The notes beneath the pieces were generated by a model. That model ran no database searches, had not been told where the DNA came from, and saw only the letters and a list, made by a program, of their open reading frames with translations. Shown in pieces: positions 35,201-49,500 of a stretch of 64,000 nt of DNA. The number at the start of each line of letters is the position of its first letter. The stretch's first letter is position 1. Source of the stretch: Octopus bimaculoides (Eukaryota); contig NC_068998.1 in NCBI RefSeq assembly GCF_001194135.2, forward strand, positions 16,912,661-16,976,660. Reading direction: 5' to 3'. A program made the position numbers and the translations under genes.

Positions 35201-38200
35201 ACTAGCACACTTAAATCACACACAACCTTGCTTATGGTTTATTTCAGCTCTAGATACTAAGCAAAATAGGACCAGACCATAAACAAGACAGGTGATATAG
35301 ATATAGATATATGCAAATTGGTTTCATTCATAGTTTGGATGCATCAGGGAGGATGTGGGAGCTCATGTAAAGATTTCAACACCTTCAACTAAGGCGTATC
35401 ACTGATTACCCGTGGTCAGGTGCCAGCCAGGATTGAAACCGCGACCAAGATTGAAGTCCACCTGTCGACGACGCATTTACAGACTGCGTCGTAGTCATCA
35501 CACCATCGATCCGACTGAAATTAGAACAACCATAAGAGGGTATATTAGGTCCCCTTTTATGTAGGTTTCATCTAATTTATTATTAGTAGCTCCTGTCCAA
35601 CACTGGATGAAAGTCTCCTCCATATACAACAAATACTGATGCTGACTGAGCATGTTACTAACTAATTTCAAAAGGTTTTAACTGCCTACAAAAACATTAT
35701 TACAAACTATTCTTAGATTTTACAAAAGAATATCTAAAACAAAACCCTACAAAGTTAATGTCATTTAGTTCTATTGAAATTAACTAACCAAGTATAATAA
35801 CAGAGATTCTACACATTGAATAAACTGGAAATCAAAATGAAAAAAAAAAAAAAAAAATTAAGAAATACATAAGAAATGAACCAGTTATAGGAGTGGTGGA
35901 AAAATTATATAACCACAAAATACCAGCAAGCAGCTACAAACATGAACAACACTTGCAAACTGCCGTCTAAATATAGCTATTACTGCCTGTGTGTAGACAA
36001 CCCTATCTAAAATGAAATGATTGCAGTTTCCAAATTGCAATTCAACATGCTGTCAATTTGTTGGAGGAAATTCACATTCAATGATGATACATGTACTCTT
36101 AACATTTGCATTTTAATTATTTTAATTATATATTGAAACAAGTTAAAAATACATAATCATGCTTTTCAAACAACAGAATATTAACAAAAAGAAACAAAAA
36201 AAAAAAAACCTGTTAGTCTAAGTATTCTAAGTATTGGCTTTGATATAAAATAATTCAAAGTTTATAACATTTGGAAGATATATCCCTCTTCCAATTCTCT
36301 AACATCTAAGATTCCAATGTAGGCTCAATGATGGAATACAAACCATATATCAATTGTCCAGCAAGAAATATGAGGTTTGCATTTCATCAGTGGACATATG
36401 CCTCATTTTCAATTCAAGATTTATAAATTATTTCTCCTTTGCTAATGCAAGGATAGCTAGACAAACAGCAACTATAAGAAACTATAACATTAGGCAAGAC
36501 TGAGGAATAAGGGAGAAACCTTATTTAAAACTAAGAAACAAAAATTAGGTTGAAAGACTTACACAGAGAGAAGTGATACATGAAATAGTTACGGCTCTCA
36601 TATATTTGAACTAGAAAACTAATATACCCTCTCTATCTCTCTAACACAATGAATGGCAGGTTTTCAACAATAACTAGCCACATTTAAGCAACACGGGATG
36701 TCCTTGCATTTACCAAGGGGTTTTTCTGTCTGAGTTGGAAGAAAGACAATGGCTGTACACTGGAGAGACAAATGGATGAAGACATAGCCAAGAGTCAGCA
36801 ATACTGAACTCAAAAGGTCTAATGAAAGCCCAGTTCCATTTGTAGCTTTGCTGGATAGCCACTAACTCACTGATGAGTTCATTCAACCTTGTACAAAGGT
36901 ATTGCTGTCTTGTCAGGTTAGAGTATTAATTCACCCTCCACACATCAGGCTAAGATTTCACTGAGGCATTGCTAAGTTTCGTTGCCAACAACCTTATCAT
37001 GAACACAAACACACTCTTTCTCTCTCACATATATAGGTACTTATGTAATATTAGGGTTCCCTGAGGAGAATAAGGGAAGTATGAAGGCTATTAGAATCAG
37101 TCAAGAAATTCAAAACTCAGAAAAGTATGATGTTAATGAAACTAATAATAATTATTTCAAGTCACATGTCAAACAAGTCCAACTCTGCAATTATTTGTTA
37201 TATATATATATCAATAAATATAGGGATGATATTATTAAAATACCATCACGAGTGGTAAGCGAATTATCAGCCGTACAGGCAAATCAACAAAATATATACA
37301 TACAGTATTAGATATGTATATATGATCATCATCGTTTAACGTCCGCTTTCCATGCTAGCATGGGTTGGACGATTTGACTGAGGACTGGTGAAACTGGATG
37401 GCAACACCAGGCTCATATATATATATATATATATATACACAAGTGTACTACATGAGTACCTATATGGCTAAAAAATATAAGTCAAAATATACTTCGGTGG
37501 TACAGAAGTATTTTTGACTTCTATTTTTTAGTGATATAGGTACTCATGTAGTACCCTTGTGTATATAAGAGTTGGGCCAATCTTTTTTCATATTTTATGG
37601 ACCCATTAATTAGTGTTCAGATACCAATATAATGGAAAACAACTAGAGAAAAGTGAACCACCACATGGATGAATTTATGTGGAGTCAATTACATTGATGA
37701 TGTTAGGGTCATTTTATATTACTAGATTTTTAAGTGGTATCTTATAAACTAAATAAAGAAAAATTTGTGTTTACAACTAAAGATTTCTGTTAAACTTTCC
37801 TAGCTGAGTTTCATTTTCATTTCTAAGATTTCCACCCATGACTCTCCAATGTACCCCCACCCCACTAAAATGAAGTAGAATTAAACAGTCACTCAAAAGG
37901 TTCATAGATCTACAAAGTAAGATATTCAAAATTTAAATTAAATCAACTTTCCATGTTCAGCATAGAAGTAAAAGTCAATGACATACTAAAAACATGTAAG
38001 AGTTCATTTCATATATATATATAAAAAGAAAAAATTTGTCTATTCACTTATTTTCATATTGTAATCTATCCATCTAATTTATGTGGCATTTTCAAATATG
38101 ATAATGTTTTGTTCTAACTGTGCACATTTATACATTTCATAACTTATTTCTCTAAACTGCTTACTACACAATGAAAACACAAATGGCTGAGAGGGTTAGT

Positions 38201-38705
38201 ATTTCAAATCTTACCACCAGGAAAATAACCCTAAGTGGGGGACAGCTGCATGAATTTAGCTAAATCAGCTAGATGGTGAGGGTTTGAATGACATGCAGAA
38301 TAAATAATTGAGCCATACACTTATCTATAATTATTGTCAATTATTACTTAATATATATCCTTATGTAGTGATGTACTGAAGGCATAGTGAAAAATTTCCA
38401 AATGAATTGAAATTTTTTTTACATATGCCATACAATATATCACCACCAATCTGATTCGTAAAAAGTAATAACTAGTAATAATTGTATCTGACTCAATACT
38501 TGCAACATTTCACTTTATTTTAATATATGCTAAAGGGTTAAGTTGCTTTATGAGGAAATGAATGCCAAGGGAGACAAATATTTCAGGAGACGATTTCAGT
38601 GTTTTTTAAATGTTAGTCAAGGTGCACAAATAAGTTTGCATGGAAAGGTAGATTATACAACAAAAATATAACAAAATTATGAAAACAATTTTTTTTACAA
38701 TGGAG

Positions 38706-38740
<35 letters not shown>

Positions 38741-40977
38741 GTGTAATAATTATTTCATCAAGGTGTTCAATCACCTACATGTGTGTTAGGGAGGTGCAGA
38801 AAAAATTCTGCTCATTAAATATTGAAAGTAAAATTCTTAGTTCAAAGAAATATTTAATTTCCATTAAATACCAAGTAGTTATAACTTTCCTTACAATTCC
38901 TTTATACAGAACAAAAACCACATACCCACATTTCTTGACCTGAATAATATTTTAAAGATTTTCCTCGACTGTTTTTTTTTTGTTTTTTTTGAAGTCCAGA
39001 ACTTAGTCTATTGGTCTTTTTGCCAAACCCTTAAGTTGGGAACATAAACTAATACCAGTTGTCAAGTGGTACGGGGACAGACACAAACACACACAATAAA
39101 TATATGACAAGCTTCTTTCACTTTCCGTCTACCAAGTCCATTCACATGGCCTTGGTCTACCTGGGGCTATAGCAGAAAACACTTGCCCAAGTTGCCATGC
39201 AGTGGTATTGAACCTGAAACCATGATGTTGGGAAGTAAACTTCTAACCATACAGCCATACCTGTGCCTGGAATAAAATTTTTAAATCGTGGGATTTGCAG
39301 ATGTTCTTAGAGCAAGATTCTTCATTTGCCTAGAATACTAATGACCAATAAAGCATTACAGCTTAGTCCCACACACAAGCATAGCTAGAGTGTGTGCTGC
39401 TCTTCTGTTTGCCGCTTCCAGACTTCACAAAAGTGCAGCCCAGGGTTCCAATCTGATTTGGCTTGGTTTCTATGCTGGATGCCCTTCCTAGTGCTTTTAA
39501 CGTGCCACTGGCATGAGTGCTTTGTTTGATTGATTTTATTAGGGAATGGTTAATTTTTCATCAACTATGATGGAGTGATGAAACTGACCACAGCAGGAAA
39601 ATATACAAGATCATCATCGTTCCTGTTCCATGCTGGTATGGACTGGACAAGATCTTTAATACTTAGATTAAGGAGAATATTAAAATACTCTAAGATTTAA
39701 TAAACATAACCCAATAAAGAATTCTAAAAGATGTATTTTGTAACTGTTAAGATTGGCTCATAAGCTTGATTCCTATTGAATCACAAATATAAAAATTGTT
39801 TTAATGAGTAAATACTACACCAACCCTCACACTAGGTACTTACTTAGTAGACTGCAATTGCATTTCTAACTGCTGCAACTGGGAGGATACACTTTGGGCA
39901 GCAGCAGCCCGACTTCGAACGCTGGACAGCTGAGATAATAACTCTGTAATAAAAAAAAAAAAATAATAAATAAAGAGGTAAGAATCATAAGGGAAAACAG
40001 AAACATAAAAATCATTAGGACGACTTAAGAAAATAATAGTCTCTATTGCTAATTATTGACTAACACAAATAAGTGAGAGAAGCTTTGCTGAAGAGTAATA
40101 GGTTTAGAAAATTAAAAGTTATACTTAACCTGAATAATGAATATATGCAAACATAATATAAGATTGCAAACTTTATAGTTTTTTTTTTACAGTTTAAAAT
40201 ATTTAAATTAATTGGGGTGTTCTTATGTATTGGACAATATTAGTAAGCACTACCAAAATATGGGAAACCCAACGACAGATACAGCTTATATCATAAACCT
40301 GTGTAACAACTAATTTGAAAGCTAAGTGGCAAAGTTAAAGACAGGTAGAGGTTTATTTCAAGCAATTCGTTGGAGCAAACACCAAAAGCTAAGATAAACA
40401 GATGCATATGCTTGATTTTTTTCAACGTATTTTCAATTTAGTAAAAGATTTTTTTTTGTTTTTACGAAAAATATATAGATGAAGGAAAACTATTTAAATT
40501 TTAAAATTGTGTATTTTTGTCAAACACACACACAAAAAAACAAAAAAAAACAAACAAAAAAACAAACTGTCATGTGGCTTACAAAGATAACCTGTGGGAT
40601 AAAACTTTTTCATGGCAATAAAAAATTTATTGGTTTGTTATATTCTAAAATATGAAAGAGAAAAACAATGAAATAAAAAATTAAAAAATAAAACAACTAA
40701 ATACTTGAATATGTCAACTAAAAAGGAATTTTGCAATAGTACATTGATTGAATGACTACAAAGCACCACTTCTTACTGTTAATTGCAAGGAACTGAAGAA
40801 GTTATTAACAGCAAAAATGTGAAATCAAATATTAGAAAATTAGTATTCTAATAAAGCAGTGAACCCCAAAAAACTTAAGTTTTGCACCAAAGTCGGATAA
40901 GATGTCCACGGCATAAATTGTTGTTCATTTAGCATTTCTGAGTTGTTTTGGTCCCTGTTTGTATGTATTTGTGTGTA

Positions 40978-41034
<57 letters not shown>

Positions 41035-43551
41035 NNNNNNNNNNNNNNNNNNNNNNNNNNNNNNNNNNNNNNNNNNNNNNNNNNNNNNNNNNNNNNNNNN
41101 NNNNNNNNNNATATATATATATATATATATATATACACGCACACACACATATATATATACATACATACATATACATGTATATATTTTGGAATAAAGCCAC
41201 AGTTTTAATACAAAAAAAAAAATTCTTATAATATAGCAATTAGAATATTGAAAGAGAAAAATATTGCAGGCATTGTTAAAGGATTTAAGTTTGAAAATCA
41301 ATTTCAGTGTTACATGTATGTATTAAAAAAAAAAAAATACAAAATATAAACTTGAAACAAGCAAACTAAGATGCTTCCTCAACAAAAATTGTGACAAAAA
41401 CCTGAAGGAAAGATTACAGCAGCCCAAATTATTTGGATTATGGAATGAAACAATAATTCAGGATACAGTAGCACACCTAACTAGCAAGTAATGATACTTA
41501 CATCTGTACATTAACACATTAATGTAACCATGTAAAGCTACATTAAAGAAATCCTAATTTGGCAACACTGTTTCGAAGAAAAGGAGCAAAAAGAGATAGC
41601 AAAAAAACACCAAAAAGTCCATTTTAACCAGAGAAGACTTAATATTAGAACTACAAGAGCAACAACTACTTTTGACTGAGAAGGAAAAAAGGATAAAAAG
41701 AAACAAATAAATATGTTTAATAATAGATATAGAAGAATAGGTAAATATAGCAACCACAAGTAACTGACTTTATTCCAAGCATTTATGAGAGTTCTACACT
41801 GAGAAGGTCAAGTACTGTGTGCTAACGAAGGAAGGAAATTTAAGAAAATTTACCTGGAGAATATTCAAGGAAGACGTCCCAGAGGTCAGCTGCACACGAG
41901 ATGGGAAGTTGTGGTCGATTACGATCTATGGAAGGCAGGCACACACCCAATGAAGAAAAACGAAATAGCGCATGATAGAATATCATTTGAGGTAGCCCGT
42001 TCCGATAATAAAGTTATTTTGTCAAATTAACTTCCAATAGTTGATTTGGGGGATATAGAGAGCAGCTATTATTTAGAAAACTGGTTTTCAAAAAAGAAAT
42101 GAATTTATACCAAAATTTATGAAGCCATTTAAAAAAATCTTGCTTATGCCAGAACAGAAGACATCGTTTAAACAAACTTATTGCCACATTATAATAGTTT
42201 TCAATAAATCATTAACTCAAGACCAGTTTTCTATAATAAAAAGAGAGGGGTCAATTTAAAAAAAAAATTTTTTTTAATAATTATAAATAAATGAAATATA
42301 AAATGCAAATGAATTTTGTTTTAAATTTAAAACGAAAATTCATATTTATCTCCATGCACTGAGTGGCATGGATAACCAACTATCAAAGTGCATTTTATTA
42401 TTTTAGGTCAGGAGAAAAACAGTTGTAGATGAATGAAAGAAATTTATTAATTATAAAAGGATTTAATTTCATTAACCAGATCTCAGTATAGTTCAATTTT
42501 TACTTTAAAACCACACATACCATCTTCATTATCCTGGTTAAGGGACAGTTTGTTAAAGCTAGTGAGCTGATCATAAGAGTTTTCATTCAAACCCACTACT
42601 TTGGCAGACTAAACTTAGCAGTTGAAGGAAAAGAAAAGGTAAGGTTGAAACCAGGAACCTTACTGCTGCCAGGTCAATGCTTCATTACTGTATTTAATAC
42701 AAGAACTTCATACATACAAATACCTACTTTAAACTGAGTAGATGTTGACATATCAATCTAAGCTAACAGAGTCCTTATTAAAAAAAATACTGATCCTAAA
42801 ACCAAGAAGAAATGAACATCAAGGAAAATCTAGAAATTGATATTTCTTTTAGAGATGATTATGTAACTGTGACTAAAAAAGTTAGCTTTAGAAAAGTAAT
42901 AATTTTAAACAAATCTAGGTCATTAAATTGACAAGTTTTATAAGAAATTATAATTTTGATAACCATAACTTTTTCATGACTGATTTTTTTTTTTAAGGTA
43001 TTGATTTTATAGATAGTAAGTGAGGTCTCTCTTGTTTCACTAATCTGTTATAAAAAAAAAAAAAAAAACCCTTTTCTGTTATCTCTGGCTCACAATCTGC
43101 CACAAATGAACAATTCTTTCCTTTCACTCTTTCCTTCTCATATCACAAGCTCATCAAGGCTCATGGTATACTTGATACATCTAATTTTTAAACTACCTCC
43201 TTGACATATTGTTACAGGGGATATAATAATTATGATTAGATAGAGAATTTACTTGGAAGTGTCATTCAAATGAATAGGTAACAACAGAATAAAAAAAAAA
43301 AACCCAACCCCCTCATATAAAGAACAACTCCCAAGTTCAAGCTTTAATTTCTGCCAATAGTTTCAGCAATACTTAATACTACTTTTATGAAAAAATTGGC
43401 AAAGATCCTAAAATCTCAGCACAAAATCAGAGATAAGCATTATGAAAATTGGAGGTATATAGTCAATGTGATGTGGTTAGAACTTAAAATATAAAAACAG
43501 TCCTATATGTATACACCAGAATTTATGATTACAAATGAGCATTAAACTGAG

Positions 43552-43589
<38 letters not shown>

Positions 43590-44785
43590 GGCAATTTCTA
43601 AGACTATGTAAACATCACCCCTTACTACAAAAATGAAAATATTCTTAAAACCTGTACAACTTTCCTAACCTTACTGTCAATCATCCTTAAAAGACTTTTC
43701 TAAAAATCATTAAGCTAATTTCCCACTAATTAAACTCTTCAAAAAAAGACCAAGTGGCTCTTGATTAATGCAAATTAAATTTGAGAGAGAGAATGAGAGA
43801 AAAAAAAAAAAAAACTATCTAGGAGTTAAAGAGTCTATATGGAATAACAGTAAGATACAAAGCAAGAGTAAATGATTACGATTGAATGAATAAATGCAAA
43901 AGATTAGTCATTTGTTGGTAATCAGAGCAACAGTAAATCAAGAATCTTGGAGAGAAAGTAATTAATTAACAGTAAGCTTGGTTTAGGTAGAAGTAAATGT
44001 TTCGGATAAGTGCAAAGAAATTTTTCTTTCAATTTTTATAAATTCTTTTAGGCTGGATGGGTTAGACAGTTTTGCATTTTGACATGAATTAGTGAAGTAA
44101 GCGGTCACTTGTTTTCAAAGCCAGCTCAACCCAACCATGAAGTTACTCTAATAATTATTTTCCATTAAGGAAAAATAAGATGTGAATTAATGCAACTTGC
44201 TTAAATTAAAAGCAAGCTTTTTATCTAATGATCTGCACATCCAGAGTTCAAGCATTATTCAATAGTAACACTTAGATATACAATCCATGCCATGGTAAAA
44301 TACATGCAAGGAATTGAGGATACATATTAAATTTATCAGACATCAAAATACTGATTGATAAGCACAGCAAATTTATGTAGAGACATCTGGTCAGTTTTAA
44401 AAACAAACAACTAAAAATTATTTCAAAAAAGATTTCTTTCTATTATTATTGTTTGTTGTTGCTGACACAAGTTGGATAACAAATCTTAAAACCTTAGTTA
44501 TAAAATATTTTGTGAATATTAAAGGATTTATACCACATTTTTGAACAAAATGTCTATTTAAAAATAACTAAATTTATCTATCTGTGCGTGTGAGAGAGAG
44601 AGAACATAAAAGCATTAGTCAATTTGGACCATTAAATCTAATTTTCCTTGCACAAAATAAAAAAAAAAAGTTTGGTACCATATCTATTTGAAAAGCACAA
44701 TTTTTTTTGAACCAGCTAAGGAGGAAATAAAATGATAATTTTATCTTTCCTCATTGTACAAAACAAGTCAGTCTGATTTTAACTG

Positions 44786-44821
<36 letters not shown>

Positions 44822-46517
44822 TTAAAGTCATTCAGCTCAACAATTATGTTCTGGGGAGCAAAAGAACTACAATAATTTTTTATAACTGAGAAGATAAGTA
44901 TGGTTGAGTGGTTAAAAAGCTTGCTTCCCAATCATGGGTTCAGTCCCACTGCACAGCATCTTGGGCAAGTGTTTTCTACTATAGCCCCAGTTTGACCTAA
45001 GACCTGTGAATAGATTTGGTAGATGGAATGTGAAATTATTATACATGCACACGTGTGTGCATGTATAATTGTGTGACTTGAGATCACGTGATGGTGGTAA
45101 ATGAGCATCACTGTCATACAAGCTGTGTCACTCATTTCCATTCTTCCATGAAAAAATATTTAGCAATAGGGAAATATTACCTTGTTTAAAAACAGGTAGG
45201 AAACAGGAAGAGCATCCAGCTGTAGAAAAATCAACCTCAACAAATTCCATTTGATCCATAAGAGCATGGAAAAGTGGACATATGATGATGACAACGACGA
45301 TGGTGAGGATTTTTTTGTAGTTACATTGAAGTATATATGAAGGCAGTGAGTAGGTAGATTTTAAAGCATTGAATTGAGTGCCTTGTGGTATTTGTTATGG
45401 CTCATGGCATTCAGGTGGTAACAACTGACGACATTAATACCAATCTATATTTGTTGCTGTCTATTCTATGGAGGACATTGTTGTGTGCGGAGAGAAGACG
45501 AGATAGCACAGGCAACTGCTTGTCTTCCGTAAAAATCTTGCAAAGACACCTTGGAGAGGAACTTCCCAAGTGTACATCTTATGGTTACACAAGATTCACA
45601 GAGGTCAAATACTTCTTAAGAATCTGTTATGCAGTTCAATGCTTTTAACATTTGTAGTGAAACAAATGTAATGTATTCATTTTGAGGATATGCAAAAGTT
45701 ATATTGTTTTGTATATGCCAGAAAGATACTCAGCTTCCATACAAACCAGCTCGCAATTTTAATTAAATATTAACTTCTAGCTATCTTTATGATTGATTGA
45801 TTGATTGATTATTAGCTAAATGCTATTTCATCAGCTTTATTTCAGGCAGGTAACATTCATTTCACAAAGCTTTCATGGATTACAAAATTGAACTGTTATC
45901 ATGTATCATTCAAATCAAAAGTGTAGAGGCCTACCATTCCAATATACCAAGATGTGACACTGATCTATGCAACAAACTGTTACTGGATTTATGGTTTTTA
46001 TAGTTGCATGTCTGCTTGTCTTATCGATTAAGGGAAGTATTTGACAAGTGTAAGTCAATCTATTTACAAATTAATAAAAGAGAAATTCATTTATTCCAAG
46101 TGGCATTGACAATACCTGGATTCTAATAGAACTGTCTTATTTGAGTACAATCATAGTCTTCAGGAACACCATACAATCAATGACTCCAATGCCTGAAGAT
46201 TGTTAAGATTTCTTTCTAAAGTATCTAATCATAGTAACCAACTAGGGAAACCACTTAATTGTTGCTCGACCTGCTAAAAATAGCAACCAAATCCCTTTGA
46301 AATCATATACCAGTCTTAAGATAAGGAGACTATCCATTATCTTTCTTAAGTCATTGGACAATGGCCATGATGGAGCACTGGCTTGAAGAGTTTAGTCGAA
46401 TAATGAACCCCAGTACTTATTCTATCATCTCTTTTGCTGAACTGCTAAGTTATGGGAATGTAAACAAACCAACACCAGTGGTCAAGCAGTGGGAATGGAC
46501 AAACAGAAAGACATGCA

Positions 46518-46551
<34 letters not shown>

Positions 46552-49500
46552 GGGCTTCCACACAGTTTCCATCTACCAAATTCACTCACAAGGCATTAGT
46601 TGGCCTGGAGTTATAGTAAGAGGCTTGCCAAAGGTGCCATGCAGTAGGATTGAACCAGAAATCATGCAGTTACAAAGTGAGCTTCTTAAACCACAGCCAT
46701 GCCTGCACCTAATGTAGTCTGGGAGTGGAGGAAAGATGGGATGGTCATTATTGAAACATTTGATGATGACTAACTCGGAGCTCAGCAACAATGTGTTATT
46801 TTTGGTGAAATGACCTGTTGTCCCTAAAACATGAATTACTCTACTGTGAGGTATCAAAAATTTCCTAATACCAATTTGTCACTGAAATTAATTAGCTCAA
46901 TCAGTCTACTTTAAGTGTCCCTTCTACTGTCATTTTTTCCTCCAACCCTATCTTTTGCTTTGAATATAACCCCTCACTCTTACACTATTAGTCCAACTGC
47001 TTCAATATAAACTGAGACAACATACAGTGGTCTGGATCTTTCTCATTTTGCAGGCTAGTCCCACAATAAAAAAAAACTCAGTACACAGTAATGCGAACTG
47101 CAAACAAATGAAGACAATCTTAATCTTGGGGGACTCTTTAGCCTTATGTTCAGGATACATTTCTGGTGTTGGCACTACAGACGAACCCAGCACACTTTGA
47201 AGAGTGGTTGGTATTAAGAAACAGCACTCAGCTGTAAAATTCATGCCAAAATACAATGTACAAGAGAAACATTTAGGAGGGCAGTAATTCCAAATAAGAA
47301 TTGAACTGGACTGGGATAACTTGTGTGGAAAGTTGATTTAAAATGAAGAGCTGTAAAATCTTTGATTCTGAGAACTTACTACTGCTAATCTGGCAGAACA
47401 ATTTTATGCCTTTTCTATATTTTACAGTCTTATTTATATACTAACTGCAAAAAGTTAATTCTTCCATATCTACTTATTTTACAAATGAATGTCTTAAGCA
47501 GTAATTAGCCAAAATGAAGTTAGTCAGGCATACTGAAGCAAGCTGACCATCTCACCATACATTGGTCAAACTATCAACTATTATAAGTATGAGTACTAAT
47601 ATTCTGCACACATACACACACAATACAATTTACATAAAACCACTATTTAAACTTTTTGAAGTTTAACTTTTCTAGAAAATTGTTAAACATGAAATTTCTA
47701 ACAAAAATATTTTCTTACAAAAATAAATCTTTTTAACTATAAAAAAAAATTCAACAAATGACACAAAATAAAACAGGAGATATCATGAGGCTTTATCTTA
47801 ATAAATTGATCAGGTTAGAAAGCTGAATTTTCAGTCAAATATAATATATATCTTAAAATATAAGCATACGTATGTATGTTAATATATGTGGCAATTAGTC
47901 TTAATGGAAACAAATTCACAGCTTACATTTGAAAGACAACATTTGAAAGCAGATAACTGAAGATTCAAATATATAAAATGCAGCTTGTAATAGAATAGGT
48001 AAGCAAGTGGCAGAGGGTTTTGAAGCACATTTTATTCCTTTCTATGCACAGCGAAATAAGATACAATAAGCTCATAGCATTAGACCACATAGTAAAAACT
48101 GAGAATCTCAAGAAGTCTAGTGTCCTAGTAAATGAATATCTAACTAAAGAAAATTATCAGGTCAGAAATTTGTATAAAATGTATCTATTTCAAGTAATGA
48201 GAGAAGATACACACACAACAAAGAGATTCAACTACAAACCAGAGAAAAAACACCAAATGCAGATAGATCTAGAAAACCTGTAAGTTTTGTTCTAAATATG
48301 AACACTTGTTGCAACTTATGTTTATTAAGTGCTTAGAAAAAATTAAATATGATGCAAGATTTGAAGATCAAATCAAGACTATTTACTTTTCGGGAGTATT
48401 TAGTTTTAGTTATGCTAAAACATTAGAAATCAAATAACTAATATCTAACAAAAAACTATAATTCCTTTTTAAAACCAATCAGAAAACTGGTGTCTTTTAC
48501 ATCAGCAAAAACTCCATTGGAAGAAAAATTGCACCAAAATACAATGTGGAAACTGTCATTAAATCATTATTTAAAATTTAACTCCACTCCATCAAAACAA
48601 TTTAGAATTACTATTTCACACTAATTAAAGAGAGAAAAAAAAAAGAAGAAAAAAATTTAGATGATAACATATAAAGCAATTTGTGATCTTGATAAATGAA
48701 AACCTTTAGTTAAGTACATTATACATGTTTGCACATTATCATTAAAATTATTGGATTTAGCTATGTAGAGCTGTGAAGTTGGCAGAGAAGTTAAACAAAA
48801 ATAAATATTCTGGTATCAAAACTTACTTTATCATGGTTTTGAGATACTTATGTACCAGTTCAAAACCATGTTTCTTTCCCACAAGTCCTTATATTGCCAT
48901 AAAATCATTTAAGCCATTTTTCAAATTTATTTTTTAAAAGTAACATCAAAGAATATGAGTGTATGTGTACAGAGACACCATATAAAACAAACACAGCAGA
49001 CAATGCCCAATTGTTTAGTGATGACATTCCTGTGATGGTATAAATGAAACTAATATATTAATCAAGTACCAACAACAAATGAATAAAAATTGGCAGCAGT
49101 GTTCAGAATAAGGAATATAATTTAGTGATAAGAGTACATTCCAGTTGATATGCAGCAACACATGAATTATATGCTAGTGCAATATTAAAATATCTATATA
49201 CTTCTAGCAGTAGCTTCACCTCTTAGCTGTTAAGGTAGTTAAATGTGAGAGCAGTTACAATTTGAGGCATAATTGTTTAGTCTGTATTTGAACAGCACTG
49301 GATAATTTTGGAATGGAAAACCCACCTACAAATCCCAGTTTAGTCTTTTATTTGAACAGTGTAGATGTTGGACAATGTTGGAGCGGAAACCCACAAACAG
49401 TGAAACCGATCTATATGCAACACTGTTTCAAAAATACTGTTGTTATGAATTTCAAAGAATTATGTATGAAGTATTAATTAAAACAAAAAGCAAAAAAAAA

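Noticed and set aside
35380-35500. tRNA-like sequence on minus with B-box GGTTTCAATCC and CTTCAAT (TCA anticodon, tRNA-Sec?)
   Set aside because: No acceptor stem or long variable arm can be formed; best explained as a decayed SINE head.
36868-36900. CTGATGA hammerhead seeds (also ~1743, ~11096, ~62952)
   Set aside because: No stem II followed by GAAA.
49275-49410. ~60-bp imperfect direct repeat (and a 17-bp duplication near 50385)
   Set aside because: Ordinary local duplications with no further structure.
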